Notes: generated by a model from the sequence alone, not told the origin. A DNA stretch of 62,147 nt, filler included, from Vannella sp. (GCA_023345925.1; 7 parts of 7 records of this genome joined end to end with filler, not necessarily neighbours in it), one strand, 5' to 3'. Shown: positions 48,334-60,641, counted from the first letter of the whole stretch. Made by a program: numbers and translations.

Positions 48334-48433
48334 NNNNNNNNNNNNNNNNNNNNNNNNNNNNNNNNNNNNNNNNNNNNTTAATTAATTAANNNNNNNNNNN
48401 NNNNNNNNNNNNNNNNNNNNNNNNNNNNNNNNN
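48334..48433. other. Artificial contig spacer
   Basis: N-run/TTAATTAATTAA/N-run. Confidence 0.97.
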
Positions 48434-48803
48434 CATGGGAGGATGAACTTCAAGAAGGACTCCTTTTACTCACTAAAGAGCTCAATACGCTTTCATTCAA
48501 CACTTCGCCCTCCTCCTGCAAGAAAGAAGCTCTGTTCCGGCTCTGCCTACAAGCGGGGCGATCTTCATTGTCCATTCAAGTGGCCCAGAAAGGTCACATT
48601 GGCTCATGCAAAGAGAGCTATGCATCGTTGGGATGTAATCAATCCCAGGGGAACGAGGTCCATTTACCTACCCGAGAGTTGGTAGACATTCCCGACCAAA
48701 TCAGCGAGTTCCAACGACTCGTTGGTGCCCCAGAGAGTCGTGGCTTACCAATGATCCGCAATGTGCTTGGTCCCCTGGCTTGGCAGAGAAGGGCGATTCC
48801 AAG

Positions 48804-48839
48804 GGGGAAATGCAACATGACGTCATGTCGCATTTCCCC
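48804..48839. promoter_or_regulatory. 36-bp near-perfect palindrome centred on TGACGTCA, ~60 bp upstream of an ATG
   Basis: GGGGAAATGCAACATGAC|GTCATGTCGCATTTCCCC with one mismatch; the regulatory role is inferred. Confidence 0.45.
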
Positions 48840-48898
48840 TGCTGGACCTCGTTCCCCTTGGGAGTTCTCTTTCAAGAGGAGATCTGTTCATTGTCTCA

Positions 48899-49462
48899 AT
48901 GGAAGCTCTTCGGAGAGGAGTGTGTTTGGCGATGTTGCTGGGTGTGGCGTTGGGTTTTGGGCTTCAGTTTGAGGAGGAGGCAGAAGTTATCCTCCTGGGA
49001 GACGATACGTTCGATGCGTGGTTAGAGAAGCATGATTTTGCCTTTGTGTGGATCTGTGTAAGCTCTCCGGAATCACAGCGTTGTGCTAATTCTTGGCAGG
49101 CTTACTGGAGCGGCCACGACAAGGTTCTAGCCCCTTCATTCAATGAGGCGGCGAAGCGACTGAGGCGAGAGGGATATCCAGTGGGGATAGCTTTAGTCCA
49201 CGGACCAGGCTCCTCTGATTTTGATGCAATTCACCCTCCAAGCCCGCGACTGGTGGAGCGGTTCATGGTTCAATCATATCCTTCTCTTTTCTGGATAACG
49301 TACGGAGAAGCTCTTTCTTTCCACCCGATCATCGCCTCACCCCACCCCAGAAAAGAGCCGAAAAGCACTGTCTTCTATTCTGGACCGAGGACAAGTCAGG
49401 CTGTGTTTGAGTGGATAAGTTCTCAAGTGAATCCCTCCTTTGCTGTTCATAATGAGTTGTAG
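48899..49462 (+). CDS. PDI/thioredoxin-like ER protein with an altered active site
   Basis: Signal peptide, VILLGDDTFD, AYWSGHDKVLAP, VQSYPSL, YSGPRT; ends HNEL (HDEL-like). Confidence 0.75.
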   Translation: MEALRRGVCLAMLLGVALGFGLQFEEEAEVILLGDDTFDAWLEKHDFAFVWICVSSPESQRCANSWQAYWSGHDKVLAPSFNEAAKRLRREGYPVGIALVHGPGSSDFDAIHPPSPRLVERFMVQSYPSLFWITYGEALSFHPIIASPHPRKEPKSTVFYSGPRTSQAVFEWISSQVNPSFAVHNEL

Positions 49463-49590
49463 AAAAGCCACATTCACTAATATAAGCTTTTGGGGAGTCG
49501 GAATGAAGAATAGAGGACGACCTCTTTTTCTCTTTGCCAGAGCGATGTTTCAGTATCCAAAGTGAGTCTGTTGAGCTCGGAAACGAGCTC

Positions 49591-49699
49591 TGTCTTGAAA
49601 GAAGCACTTGGATGCTTATCGGTCAGCGAGAATCGAGGTCGACTTCTCCCATTGTCATGAAAGAAGCACTTGGATGCTTATCGGTCAGCGAAAATCGAG
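49591..49699 (+). repeat. Direct repeat, 2 x 47 bp (45/47 identical), period 62
   Basis: tgtcWtgaaagaagcacttggatgcttatcggtcagcgaRaatcgag at 49591 and 49653. Confidence 0.85.
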
Positions 49700-50058
49700 T
49701 GATTTGTGAGACTTCATTTTGAGATACATTTGCGCAGAGCTTAGTTACTGCATTTTCTCTGGCCAAATGCACCCTTCAGGGATGGATCACCAATTGCTCA
49801 CGAAGGAGCCAACTTGCTCCGATCGTCAACTGATCGCTGTACCATCGTTTGATAGGCCGTGGACTCTCCACGCCAGAGAGAGCAAACAGTGATCTCTTTT
49901 GTTCCGATCCATTTGTCGTCACCAGAATTGTAATTCGCTCCAGAACATAATTGTGGGACCTTTCCTCTTCCTAGAAAAAAGATTGTCGTAATAATTATGT
50001 CATTTTGGGACGGCGGAGTTATCTCAGAGTTTTCTATTCATTCCGTGCTGCAACAAAG

Positions 50059-50502
50059 ATGGGTGTCGAAGACCATGGCTACCAACAACCAGAGCAATTC
50101 CAACCAGGCTACCAACTACCAGCTGCTCCGGCCTCCTATTCCTCCGGTGCACCTGCGGCTTCGATGGACACTGCTCAGTTGTTCCACGTTGTATGCATTG
50201 TCTGCGCTGTTCTCACCTTCTTCTCTACCCAACTCGTGATGTTGATCCCAATGGTGATGTGGTTTGTGTGCAAAGACGCGATGATGAACCAATCCGCAGA
50301 GCATGAGGCGTCCCACCGCGTTGACTGGACAGTCAACTTGATCATCTTCCTTTTCTGGGTCGTTATCTTTGCTATGTTCACCATCCTTACCTTTGGCCTT
50401 GGAATCATATTCGCGGTTTTCCTGATTCCTCAAGGCATCGTACTGGCTCAACTGCGCCATTCCAAGCCCCAAATGGGCGGTTATCAGGCTGTCTACGTGT
50501 AA
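50059..50502 (+). CDS. Small multi-TM protein with a Q/P/Y-rich N-terminus
   Basis: ATG at 50059; hydrophobic segments; ends GYQAVYV. Confidence 0.65.
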   Translation: MGVEDHGYQQPEQFQPGYQLPAAPASYSSGAPAASMDTAQLFHVVCIVCAVLTFFSTQLVMLIPMVMWFVCKDAMMNQSAEHEASHRVDWTVNLIIFLFWVVIFAMFTILTFGLGIIFAVFLIPQGIVLAQLRHSKPQMGGYQAVYV

Positions 50503-50538
50503 CTTGGTAGATAAAAGGTTCCCCTTTCGCTGTATTAC

Positions 50539-51565
50539 TCAGCAGATGGAAGGATCCTCGTCCTTGATGGTCTTCTTGACGCGAAGGAGCATTGTGGTCT
50601 TCCAGTTGTCCAGCTTCTGGATGGAGTCGAACTCGACGATGGCGTTGGTGAAGCCCTCCAAATCAAAGTTCTCGAACGCATCAGCCAAGGCCTTTGGGTT
50701 GGACAAGTTAGCTTTCAGAGGAGAGGTGTGGGTAGCTTACTGTGAGGAACGTGCATTCACGGGTACTACTGAACGTGTAGTCCATCTCCTGATACCTTTC
50801 CAATGCACGTTTTGCGACTACAGAGTCCTAGACGATCCGAGGTGAGAAGGAGGTCCTTTTGGACGTTGGGGGCGTACTCCTGAGGCGAGATGGCAGATTG
50901 TAGCCTTTAGGAAGTACTCCTTTACTCCATACTTAAGGAGTTTGTTGTCTAGAGAACTGGCAGCGACCTGATCGTAGATATCGATGGACTTGACGTAGTC
51001 CTCGTGAAGGGCAGCGTATTGGGCCACCTTCAGAAGGCACTGGTTCGCTGAGCTAACAGATCCCTCCCCTTCATAAAAGTCTGCAGCACTCTGATAGGCT
51101 TCCATGGTTCCACCAATGTCCTCTTCCTCTTCAAGCATCTCCGCCAACTCTTTTTGATACTTGGCTGCCATAGAGAAGCGTCCTTCTTCTGCGTAGAAGG
51201 CGATGCCTTGTGCAATACACTCCCTAGCCTTCTTCATATTGCACTTGCGGTACATATGCGAGGCGTTGATGTACGACGTAGCGGACTCGTGGCCATATTT
51301 GTCCTTTGAATGAGCTTCAGCTGCTTGGCAGAAAGTCTCTCCAGCCTTTTCCCCTGTAGAATACAAGGCCCAAGGTCAGGCCTTGCGGAAGCAAAGGGGG
51401 AGAGAACTCACACTTCTTTGCGATCTTGTAAGCATTCGCCGCCTTCCCTAAAAGCTCAGCAGCCTCATCATAGCGAGGCGTACTAAACGCAGAGAAGAGG
51501 CCTGTTGGTTTCATCTTCTTCTGGGCCTCTGCAATGAGAGCCTCCGCTCGGCTCTCTTGACTCAT
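50539..51565 (-). CDS. NAPA: Alpha-SNAP
   Basis: KAANAYKIAK, GRFSMAAKYQKELAE, SANQCLLKVA, NKLLKYGVKEYFL, FDSIQKLDNWKTTMLLRVK. Confidence 0.94.
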
Positions 51566-51812
51566 CAGACTTGGCCAAGCGAAATAATGGCCTTTTCTCA
51601 TTCAACCACATCATTTATCACATAAATCTAAAGCTAATCTCCTTCATTGATGCCACGTGGCAAGAGAAAGCTAAAAAAAAGTCAAACGAGATAAACGATG
51701 TGAGCTTGTAGATAATTAAATTAATTATATAGAACAGGATCTATGAAAGGAATTTATGAGACAAGGAGGGAGGCGAGACGTTGGCTAGGGCTGTGAGGGG
51801 AGATAAACGGTT

Positions 51813-52579
51813 CTATTGTACAATACAGTCGCCCTTCTTGTCCTTCTTACTCTTCCCAGTGGATGTTCCAGTAGTGGCTGTGGCTGTAGCAGCAGAAGGA
51901 GAAGCAGGTGCTTCTTCGGGTTCTTCCTCGACCTCGGGTTCTACTGCGGGTTTGTTCTTCTCCGCCTCGAGGATGAGCTGCAGCAATTTCTGGAAAATCT
52001 CGTTGACGTTGGTTGAGCGCTTTGCGGACACCTCCATGTAATGGCAGCCTTCAAACTTCTTCGCCCAACTCTCTCCCTCCTCCTTTGACACCTTTCGTTT
52101 GTTTTCCAGGTCCGCTTTGTTGCCAATCACTAAGCATGGGAACTATGAGAGGAAGGTTAGTCTTAGGGGCCTTGTGGATGAACGAGGGAGGAGTAGACAC
52201 AACACGCACATCTTTGTTCTCTGTGACCTTGGTTATCCTCTCTCGACACTCTCCAAGTGAAGCAAAGGAAGAGGGGGACGTGACATCAAACACAAGAATG
52301 AACCCCTGACCATCCTTCCAGTTGAGATCGGGAACAGCCGTCATGCGGTCCTAACTCGCCGTCAGCACCAGTTCCTTCGCTTTAAGGAGGACATACGTTA
52401 CCAGCAGTATCTAAAATCTCTACGAGATAGTGAACCGAGTCAATCTGCACGTTCTTCCGGTAGCTATCTTCCACAGTCGGGTCATACTTGGGGATGAAGG
52501 AATCTTGCAAGAAGCGGATGCTAATAGCCGTCTTCCCCACCCCAGATGGTCCCATCAGTACGATTTTGTGCTCTGGCAT
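51813..52579 (-). CDS. Ras/Rap-like small GTPase with CaaX (CIVQ)
   Basis: GPSGVGKT, YDPTVEDSY, DTAG, IGNKAD, EVSAK; two introns. Confidence 0.9.
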
Positions 52580-53473
52580 GTTCTTCTCTTGTGTGGAGGT
52601 TGAGTGGAAGCGTCAACGACCACTAGACAGCCAGAAAATGACGTTCTCCCTTGAATCCACCTCAGAACCTCCTTCAAAGGAATACAATGATATAAAAAAA
52701 GCCCCTTTTAAGAGCTCTTCTCATTATTTACCAGCCATTCATCTCCCCGACGAGGCGACCCGCCATGTTGGCAGTCAAGGCGGGGTAGGTTGCCCTCCCT
52801 TGGGGTTCCTGAGAACTAACACTGTTGTAGCATATAGAGATGGTATCTGAGTAGCCTCTTGAGAGAAGGGGAGCACAGAAAGAACAAGAGAAGAGAGATT
52901 TACAGTTTACCAATCAGCATACTTTGAGATGGAGATGCCCACCGTGCTTCCACGAACGTTGCCACAGGTGTAGCCTTGGGAGGAGTCGAGCTTGTTGGAG
53001 TGTCTTCCTTTGGACTGAGACTTTGGTCCAGAGGTGTTGCATCGGCAATGGCAATGTCGCTTGCAGTTTCGGCCTCCGCTGCGACTCTTGGAGGATGGCG
53101 TACCATTTCTGCCTTTGCCTAATCGTTGCATGTGTTGTGTTGAGCGGATCTGTGAGAATGAACCCAAAGAGGAGACTTCTGTGGTTCCTCTTTCTTTCTC
53201 ATCGGATTCCTCGATCGGAAGATGGGCGATAGGGTTTAGGGTTTTGTGCTCACGAGGTGCCGGCAAAACTCCATCATCACCATAGTCTCTTGGAGTGGGT
53301 TTGAGATTCATGTTGGTTCTCTGAGCGTTTCACTGCAACCTCGGTGGGTCTGCGAGTACATCTCGCCAACGTCTTGTTAGTTTCGTGAGTATGCTTCGTC
53401 AGCCTTTTGCTGACTTGTGAGCGCATCTCTCCAACTTGTGTCTAACAGACCGACCGCAACCGATGATTCTTGA

Positions 53474-53573
53474 NNNNNNNNNNNNNNNNNNNNNNNNNNN
53501 NNNNNNNNNNNNNNNNNTTAATTAATTAANNNNNNNNNNNNNNNNNNNNNNNNNNNNNNNNNNNNNNNNNNNN
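53474..53573. other. Artificial contig spacer
   Basis: N-run/TTAATTAATTAA/N-run. Confidence 0.97.
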
Positions 53574-53634
53574 TCTCGCTTCCCTGAAGGGCTAAAGCTC
53601 TGTATTGGACTCTTCTATCAAACGCAAGACCAAA

Positions 53635-55122
<1,488 letters not shown>

Positions 55123-55221
55123 ACAAGCCGCTGGCACCAACTGAGAGGCAATCAAGGCTGCGCGCTCCAGGCTGCTACAAAATGCCCCTTTTAAAGGATA
55201 TTCAGTTAATCCGTTCATTTC

Positions 55222-56361
55222 ATGCCAATCTGCGACCACACGCTCCTCCTCTCCCTCGAAGGGGGCCTTTTGGCTTTTGGAGACAATAGAAAAGGTCAAC
55301 TCGGTCTCGGTCACCGTCAAGACCAAGAGCTACCTGTGGAGGTCCCCTGGAATGGCCCGCAGCCGGTTCAGGTGGACGGGGGATTCGCGCACTCCCTCGT
55401 TCTTGATGCGGAGGGCGGTGTGTGGGAGGCTGGTCGTTCCCGGTCCCCTCCCCACTCCAGAACTTTTCAGAAAGTGCCGGAGCTACCTTGCATCGCTTTG
55501 GTGGCTGCTGGCGTGTCTCACAGTGCTGCCGTTGACACCGAAGGCGGCCTTTGGGTGTGGACGAGCAGGAAAGATCTCTCCTGGGCGTGTTCTCTTCCCC
55601 AACGAGTTGAAGGTATCCCTCCAATCACCAAGGTAGCTTGTGGTCATAGATTCCTCGTGGCAGAGGCCGAAGAAGGCCTCTGGGTGTTGGGCGACAACTC
55701 CCAAGGGCAACTGGGCCTCGGTCACAACGACAGCGCTCTCAAGCCGACCCTTGTGCAGGTGGAACTCTGTTCTGAAGGACCTTTTCGATGCCTGGCTGCT
55801 CTCTATGAAGGAGTGATCCTCATCGACTCGCAAGGAGGCGTCTTCTCCTCTGGAGATAACTACAATGGCCAACTGGGGCGCTCTTTCAGAGATTATAGGA
55901 AGCTTCAGGAGTTCCTTCAAATCAAGAACATCCCTCCCATGCTTGCAGCCTCCTGCGGAGGTGAACACACTCTCTGTCTGGATGAGAAGGGCGGCGTCTG
56001 GACCTGGGGATGGGGCTTTTACGGACAATTGGGGAACGGATACACAACTAATCGGCGCAATCCCCGCCTGCTTCGTTCGCTAAACGGAATAAGCGCCGTG
56101 ATTGCGGGAGGTTCCCATTCTTTGGTATTTCCAGAAGAAGGCGGCCTGCTGGTCTTCGGATCCAACAAAAAGGGGCAGCTCGGACTCAACCCTAAGGCCA
56201 AGCGAACCATGTTCGGACTCAGTTCCACAACCAGCCGAACTACTCCCAAGCGTTCTCCTCTCCAGCCTGCTCTCCCTCCTTTAGCCACCGTTCACAGCAA
56301 GAATAAGAAGAAGAGTGCCCGCTCTGCATGGCAAGGCACACCAGAGGATAATCAGCCTTGA
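55222..56361 (+). CDS. RCC1-repeat protein, family copy 2 (intact, intronless)
   Basis: Repeated (C/A)G..H(S/T)L.LD..G.V(W/F)..G.N..GQLG blades. Confidence 0.9.
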   Translation: MPICDHTLLLSLEGGLLAFGDNRKGQLGLGHRQDQELPVEVPWNGPQPVQVDGGFAHSLVLDAEGGVWEAGRSRSPPHSRTFQKVPELPCIALVAAGVSHSAAVDTEGGLWVWTSRKDLSWACSLPQRVEGIPPITKVACGHRFLVAEAEEGLWVLGDNSQGQLGLGHNDSALKPTLVQVELCSEGPFRCLAALYEGVILIDSQGGVFSSGDNYNGQLGRSFRDYRKLQEFLQIKNIPPMLAASCGGEHTLCLDEKGGVWTWGWGFYGQLGNGYTTNRRNPRLLRSLNGISAVIAGGSHSLVFPEEGGLLVFGSNKKGQLGLNPKAKRTMFGLSSTTSRTTPKRSPLQPALPPLATVHSKNKKKSARSAWQGTPEDNQP

Positions 56362-56917
56362 CTCAGTTGCTCTTCTGTCGATCAGATGACGAGTGAGTGA
56401 TTTCTCCCATCTCCTGATCACATCTTGATGCTGACAAGTCCACGTATTAATCAAGTAACACCCCGACCCCGTCGGTTGTCAACGGACTACAGCGATTGTC
56501 GGATGGACGAGGGGAGCGAGAATGGAGCAAAGTCAATTGTTAACATCGGCGGATCAACTCGCAAAGAGGCGCCTTCTCTACTGGTTGCAACCTTGTTTAA
56601 CAACGTTAAGTTACTCAAGTCCCTGCGATAGCTTTGCAATCCGCGGCATTGTGGGAAAGGGCCGTTAAATGGGAGAGGGGAACACTTGGAGTTTTCTAGA
56701 GGAAACCTAGTCCGAACATGGCTTGCACGCGGTTGCGACGAGTCAACGTTCTCTGCAAGCGTTCCATCCGACCAGCAAGCCACCTTCGGAGGCCAGCGGA
56801 TGTGGTTTAGTGGGGCCGTGAACTATCTCTTCACGAAGGTCCTGGTTGCAGGTGGTCCCTTGGCCTCTATTCTGAAGCTTCGATCTGAATAAAGCTCCAA
56901 TCTTTTTCATCGTTGGA

Positions 56918-58113
56918 ATGCCCTTGGGCCTGCACACGCTCCTCCTTTCCCTCGAAGGGGGCCTTTTCGCATTTGGATGCAACAGATACGGTCAACTCGG
57001 TCTTGGCCACGAGATCGACCAAGAGCAACCAGTTAGGGTCCCCTGGAATGGCCCGGAGCCGGTTCAGGTGGACTGGGGATGGAAACACTCCCTCGTTCTT
57101 GATGCGGAGGGCGGTGTGTGGGATGCTGGTTGCTCCCGCTCTCCTGCAACTTTCCAGAAGGTGCCGGAGCTACCTTGCATCGCTTTCGTGACTGCTGGCT
57201 TGTCTCACAGCGCTGCCATCGACACCCAAGGCGGCCTTTGGGTGTGGACGAACGAGATCGATCTCTCTTGGGCGCATTCTCTTCCCCAACGAGTGGGAGG
57301 TCTCCCTCCAATCATCAAGGTGACTTGTGGTAAGCAGCTTCTCGTGGCAGAGGCCGAAGAAGGCCTCTGGGTGTTGGGCGACAACTCCCAAGGGCAACTG
57401 GGCCTCGGCCACACCAACAGCGCCCTCCAACCGACCCTTGTCCATGTAGCAGACCGTTCTGAAGGACCTCTTCGATGCCTGGCTGCCCTCTATTTTGGAG
57501 TGATCCTCATCGACTCGCAAGGAGGTGTCTTCTCGGCTGGACACAACCGCTCTGGCCAACTGGGGCGTTCTTCTGAAGGTGTTTATGATTGCAAGCTCCA
57601 GCGAATCATGAACATCATTCCCATGCTTGCAGCCTCCTGCGGATGGGATCACACTCTCTGTCTGGATGAGAACGGCGGGGTCTGGACCTGGGGAATGGGT
57701 GGATATGGGCAATTGGGGAGGGGCAACGCGTTCAATCAGAGCCAACCTGCTCTTCTCCCTTCAAGAAAAGGAATCAGCGCCGTTCTAGCAGGAAAGGACC
57801 ATTCTTTGGCATTCCCCCTCCTTCTCTGGCCGATCCAAAGGACTGCAAAGTGCCTATGCAGGAAGGGGGACTGCTGGTTTTCGGATCCAACTTCTTCGGG
57901 CAACTCGGACTCAACCCCAAGGCAAAGCGAACCATGTTCGGACTCAGTTCCACAACCAACCGAACCACCCCCACGCGTTCTCCTCTCCAGCCTGCTCTCC
58001 CTCCTTTGGCCACCATTCGCAGCAAACAAAAAAGCGCCCGCTCTGCATGGCAAGGCGCTCCAGAGGACTCGACCTTGAACCATCCAGTCTCCAGTAGATC
58101 AGACGAAGAGTGA
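56918..58113 (+). pseudogene. RCC1-repeat family copy 3, frame broken by a 41-nt insertion (57818-57858)
   Basis: Collinear with copy 2; after AFP the homology resumes in another frame (QEGGLLVFGSN...SARSAWQG). Confidence 0.7.
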
Positions 58114-58373
58114 TTTCTCCCATCCACCCAAGTTTCCAATCACCTCTTGACCCTGGCAAGCAGTCCACGCGTTGTCAACTGGTGACAGTTGTTGACGAAG
58201 TTCCATTGGCCAAGACTCCTTTCTCATCGGTCAGTGCCCCCAGACGAATGACCGCCCTTTGAGAAATAGAGGATAACAAAGTATGGGAGAGAACATATTC
58301 AGGGTAAGGAAAAAGTCGGAGTTGCCGCTCGACAGTCAGGACAGCAGTCGACTGCAAAGGGAGAAACTGGAAT

Positions 58374-60108
58374 TTACATCGACAAGTTGTGGTAGATTCG
58401 GTTGATGGTGCTCAGCTTTTGGTGGATGGTGAATGAAGTATCAAGAACCTCTTGCGTATCAGCGATGATACAGTCTCGCTCTTCTTCAGGGAGCTCCGCA
58501 GCCAATTCTTGAATACAGTTGACTCGGAAGACCAAACGTCCTGCGTCCTGCCAAGAGACTGCGGGAGCCTCAGGGACATTGTAAGAGTTAACAACTATTG
58601 CAATCTCTCTAAGGTGCTTCCTGATGGAGCCCAAAACCTTCGGATTCAATCGAGGATGAGTCAAGCGGTAGAACCACCAAGAAAGTCCTCCGACACCCAA
58701 AATAGCTGGAACTAGTGCAAGTAGTTGAAAGTTCAACTCGTTTGCCCGCATAAGTTGGTCCATCATAATAACACTCTTCTCCGCATCGACCTTGAGCTTG
58801 TGAACTTGAATCAGGAGAAGTTGAATGAGAGACCCAAATACTGCACTCTTCACTGGAGAAGCTACCATTGCTGCATAGTCACTCATAACTGGTGATAAAT
58901 CATTGTTCCTGGCCAACTCAACAATCTGCCGAGCCCTTTCAGGGGAAGCAATCTCCTCTGGGCGGTGATGCTTCATGTAATCCATCACCATGATGGCCAA
59001 GGCATTGCGCTGCGACTCCAAGTTCGATGCACTCGCTTGGATTCCGATGGCAGCCTCATCATAGCGAATAGTTCGATAGATATTCATCAATGGCTCCTCC
59101 AAATGTCCATAAAAGAAGCGAGTGAGTACCTCCCCAGTCTGTTCTATCTGCCACTGAATGTCTCGGATGATCTTTTTGGCTCCAATGGACCGAATTTTCA
59201 GAGCAGCGATGACGAATGCACCACCAAGGAGGCCCCTTTGGAACCAATGGCTCGTCCTAAACTGGTGTTTTTTCACCTCCTGGCTCAAATCAACGATATA
59301 ATAGCTTGATGTCTCCTTCACTGATTCAAATAAGCTTCCTGTGTCTCCAAATTCAACGGTTCCGCTCACTTCTGTGCGAATGTCAATACTTGCTCCCTCT
59401 GAATTGCTCAGACAACTTACCCAAGGCACCAAAGGATCCGCGATTCTCATTCTCACGCAGAAGATGAGACTCTATGGTTGAAAAGAGGTCATCTGATGGG
59501 ATGCCGGTCAAGTTGGGCTGGAAATTGGCGAGTAATAGGCGAAGGCGATCGCCAATGAACTTCTCGAGCTCTTCTGGCGTGATAAGCGGACGCTCTTCTA
59601 AAGCACGACGAAGCTCCATCAAAAAGAAGAAGCATTTGCCCATGTGAGAGCAAGCTAACTCGTACAAACGCGTGGTTCTGTCGATCTCCACTGCAGGAAT
59701 TACGATGGGATTGATCTGGGGCTCTTCAAGAAGCCTCGTTCCAACAAAGTAACACGTCCATTCATATGGACTCACATCCAACAAGTACTGACGCCAAAGA
59801 GGGCGTTTCTGACGTTCGCGCCAAGCGGCTCGAGCATCCTGAAGCTCATGCGCCAATCTGTTCAACAGGGCTCCTTGTAGTGCACACAAGTTGATGAAAT
59901 CACGAAGATCTCCCTCCAACTGGTCGCTCAGACCCTCTGGAAAAGCCCCTTGAAGGGAGTTCAAGGCTCTCGTCGCCGCATTGCGGTAAGCCGGTGGAGC
60001 TTCCTTCGATTGCACCTGCCGCCAACAGTTCGCCCTCCACAAGAGAGTGGTACCACTCTTCAGCACCTCCAAAGAGAAGTCCCGAGCTACACTCAAGGAG
60101 CGCTCCAT
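58374..60108 (-). CDS. NCA2/DGS1-family mitochondrial protein
   Basis: LLLIQVHKLKVD...MDQLMRANELNFQLLALVP; one intron near 59420-59374 joins the two track ORFs. Confidence 0.85.
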
Positions 60109-60152
60109 CCCTGAGCCAGCCCCAAAGAAATGCTTCACAGTTATGTAATTAG

Positions 60153-60250
60153 CAAGAGAGGAGGCCAACGAGAGCGAGGTCTCAGAGGAACCCGGTCGGG
60201 GAGGAGGGAAGAGTTGCTCGTCATGGACGGTTGGTTGGCTGTCTCTCTTG
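60153..60250 (-). promoter_or_regulatory. Candidate SECIS element with a non-canonical CC apical loop
   Basis: caagagag..gccaac..ATGAc-gagcaactc-tt-CC..gggttcctc-tGAg..gttggc..ctctcttg: outer helices, AUGA/GA core and upper helix all pair by eye; lies in the 3' UTR of the TGA-containing gene. Confidence 0.7.
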
Positions 60251-60255
60251 GTTCA

Positions 60256-60641
60256 TTACTGCTCCTGTTGGGCAAGAGCCGAAGCTGCAGAAGCCGCTGC
60301 CTCTATCTGTTGGATGGAGGTGGTACGGCGGCTGGCGTTCTTTCTGAAGAGGTTCCGCTGGTCTCCTGACCAGATGACTAGGAGGGTTGGAATTAGATCC
60401 AGCAGGGGAGTGCAGTTTGAACGAACCTTTCGTGCCGCAGAAGACCCGTACTTGGATGGGGTACTTGTCCTGGATCTTGTGGTCAACTTGAGCGCCAGGA
60501 ACAGCACGTCTAATGGCCTCCATTGCGGTGTCCCGCTCTTGGAGGCCCCCATCTCAGTTACGACTGACATTTCTGTCAGATCCCAAGCTTCTTCCAGGCT
60601 CAGAGACCTCACCAGAACTCAACGAGGAACTTGGCAACCAT
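60256..60641 (-). CDS. Small CxxU selenoprotein (Rdx/SelW-like motif position), ~95 aa, 3 exons
   Basis: Exons 60641-60613, 60563-60427, 60377-60256 give MVAKFLVEFCRN[TGA 60556-54]DGGLQERD...IWSGDQRNLFRKN...; both introns are 49-nt GT-AG with branch sites. An alternative in-frame ATG lies at 60665. Confidence 0.78.

Noticed and set aside
49591..49699. Possible CRISPR array
   Set aside because: Only two units, a 15-nt spacer, eukaryotic context and no cas genes.
52907..53311. 134-aa minus-strand ORF
   Set aside because: Low complexity, near a contig end, no motif; possibly part of a gene but not supportable.
59383..59456. Apparent frameshift in NCA2 (and similar breaks in TOR, EMG1 and Roco)
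   Set aside because: Explained by ordinary short GT-AG introns.
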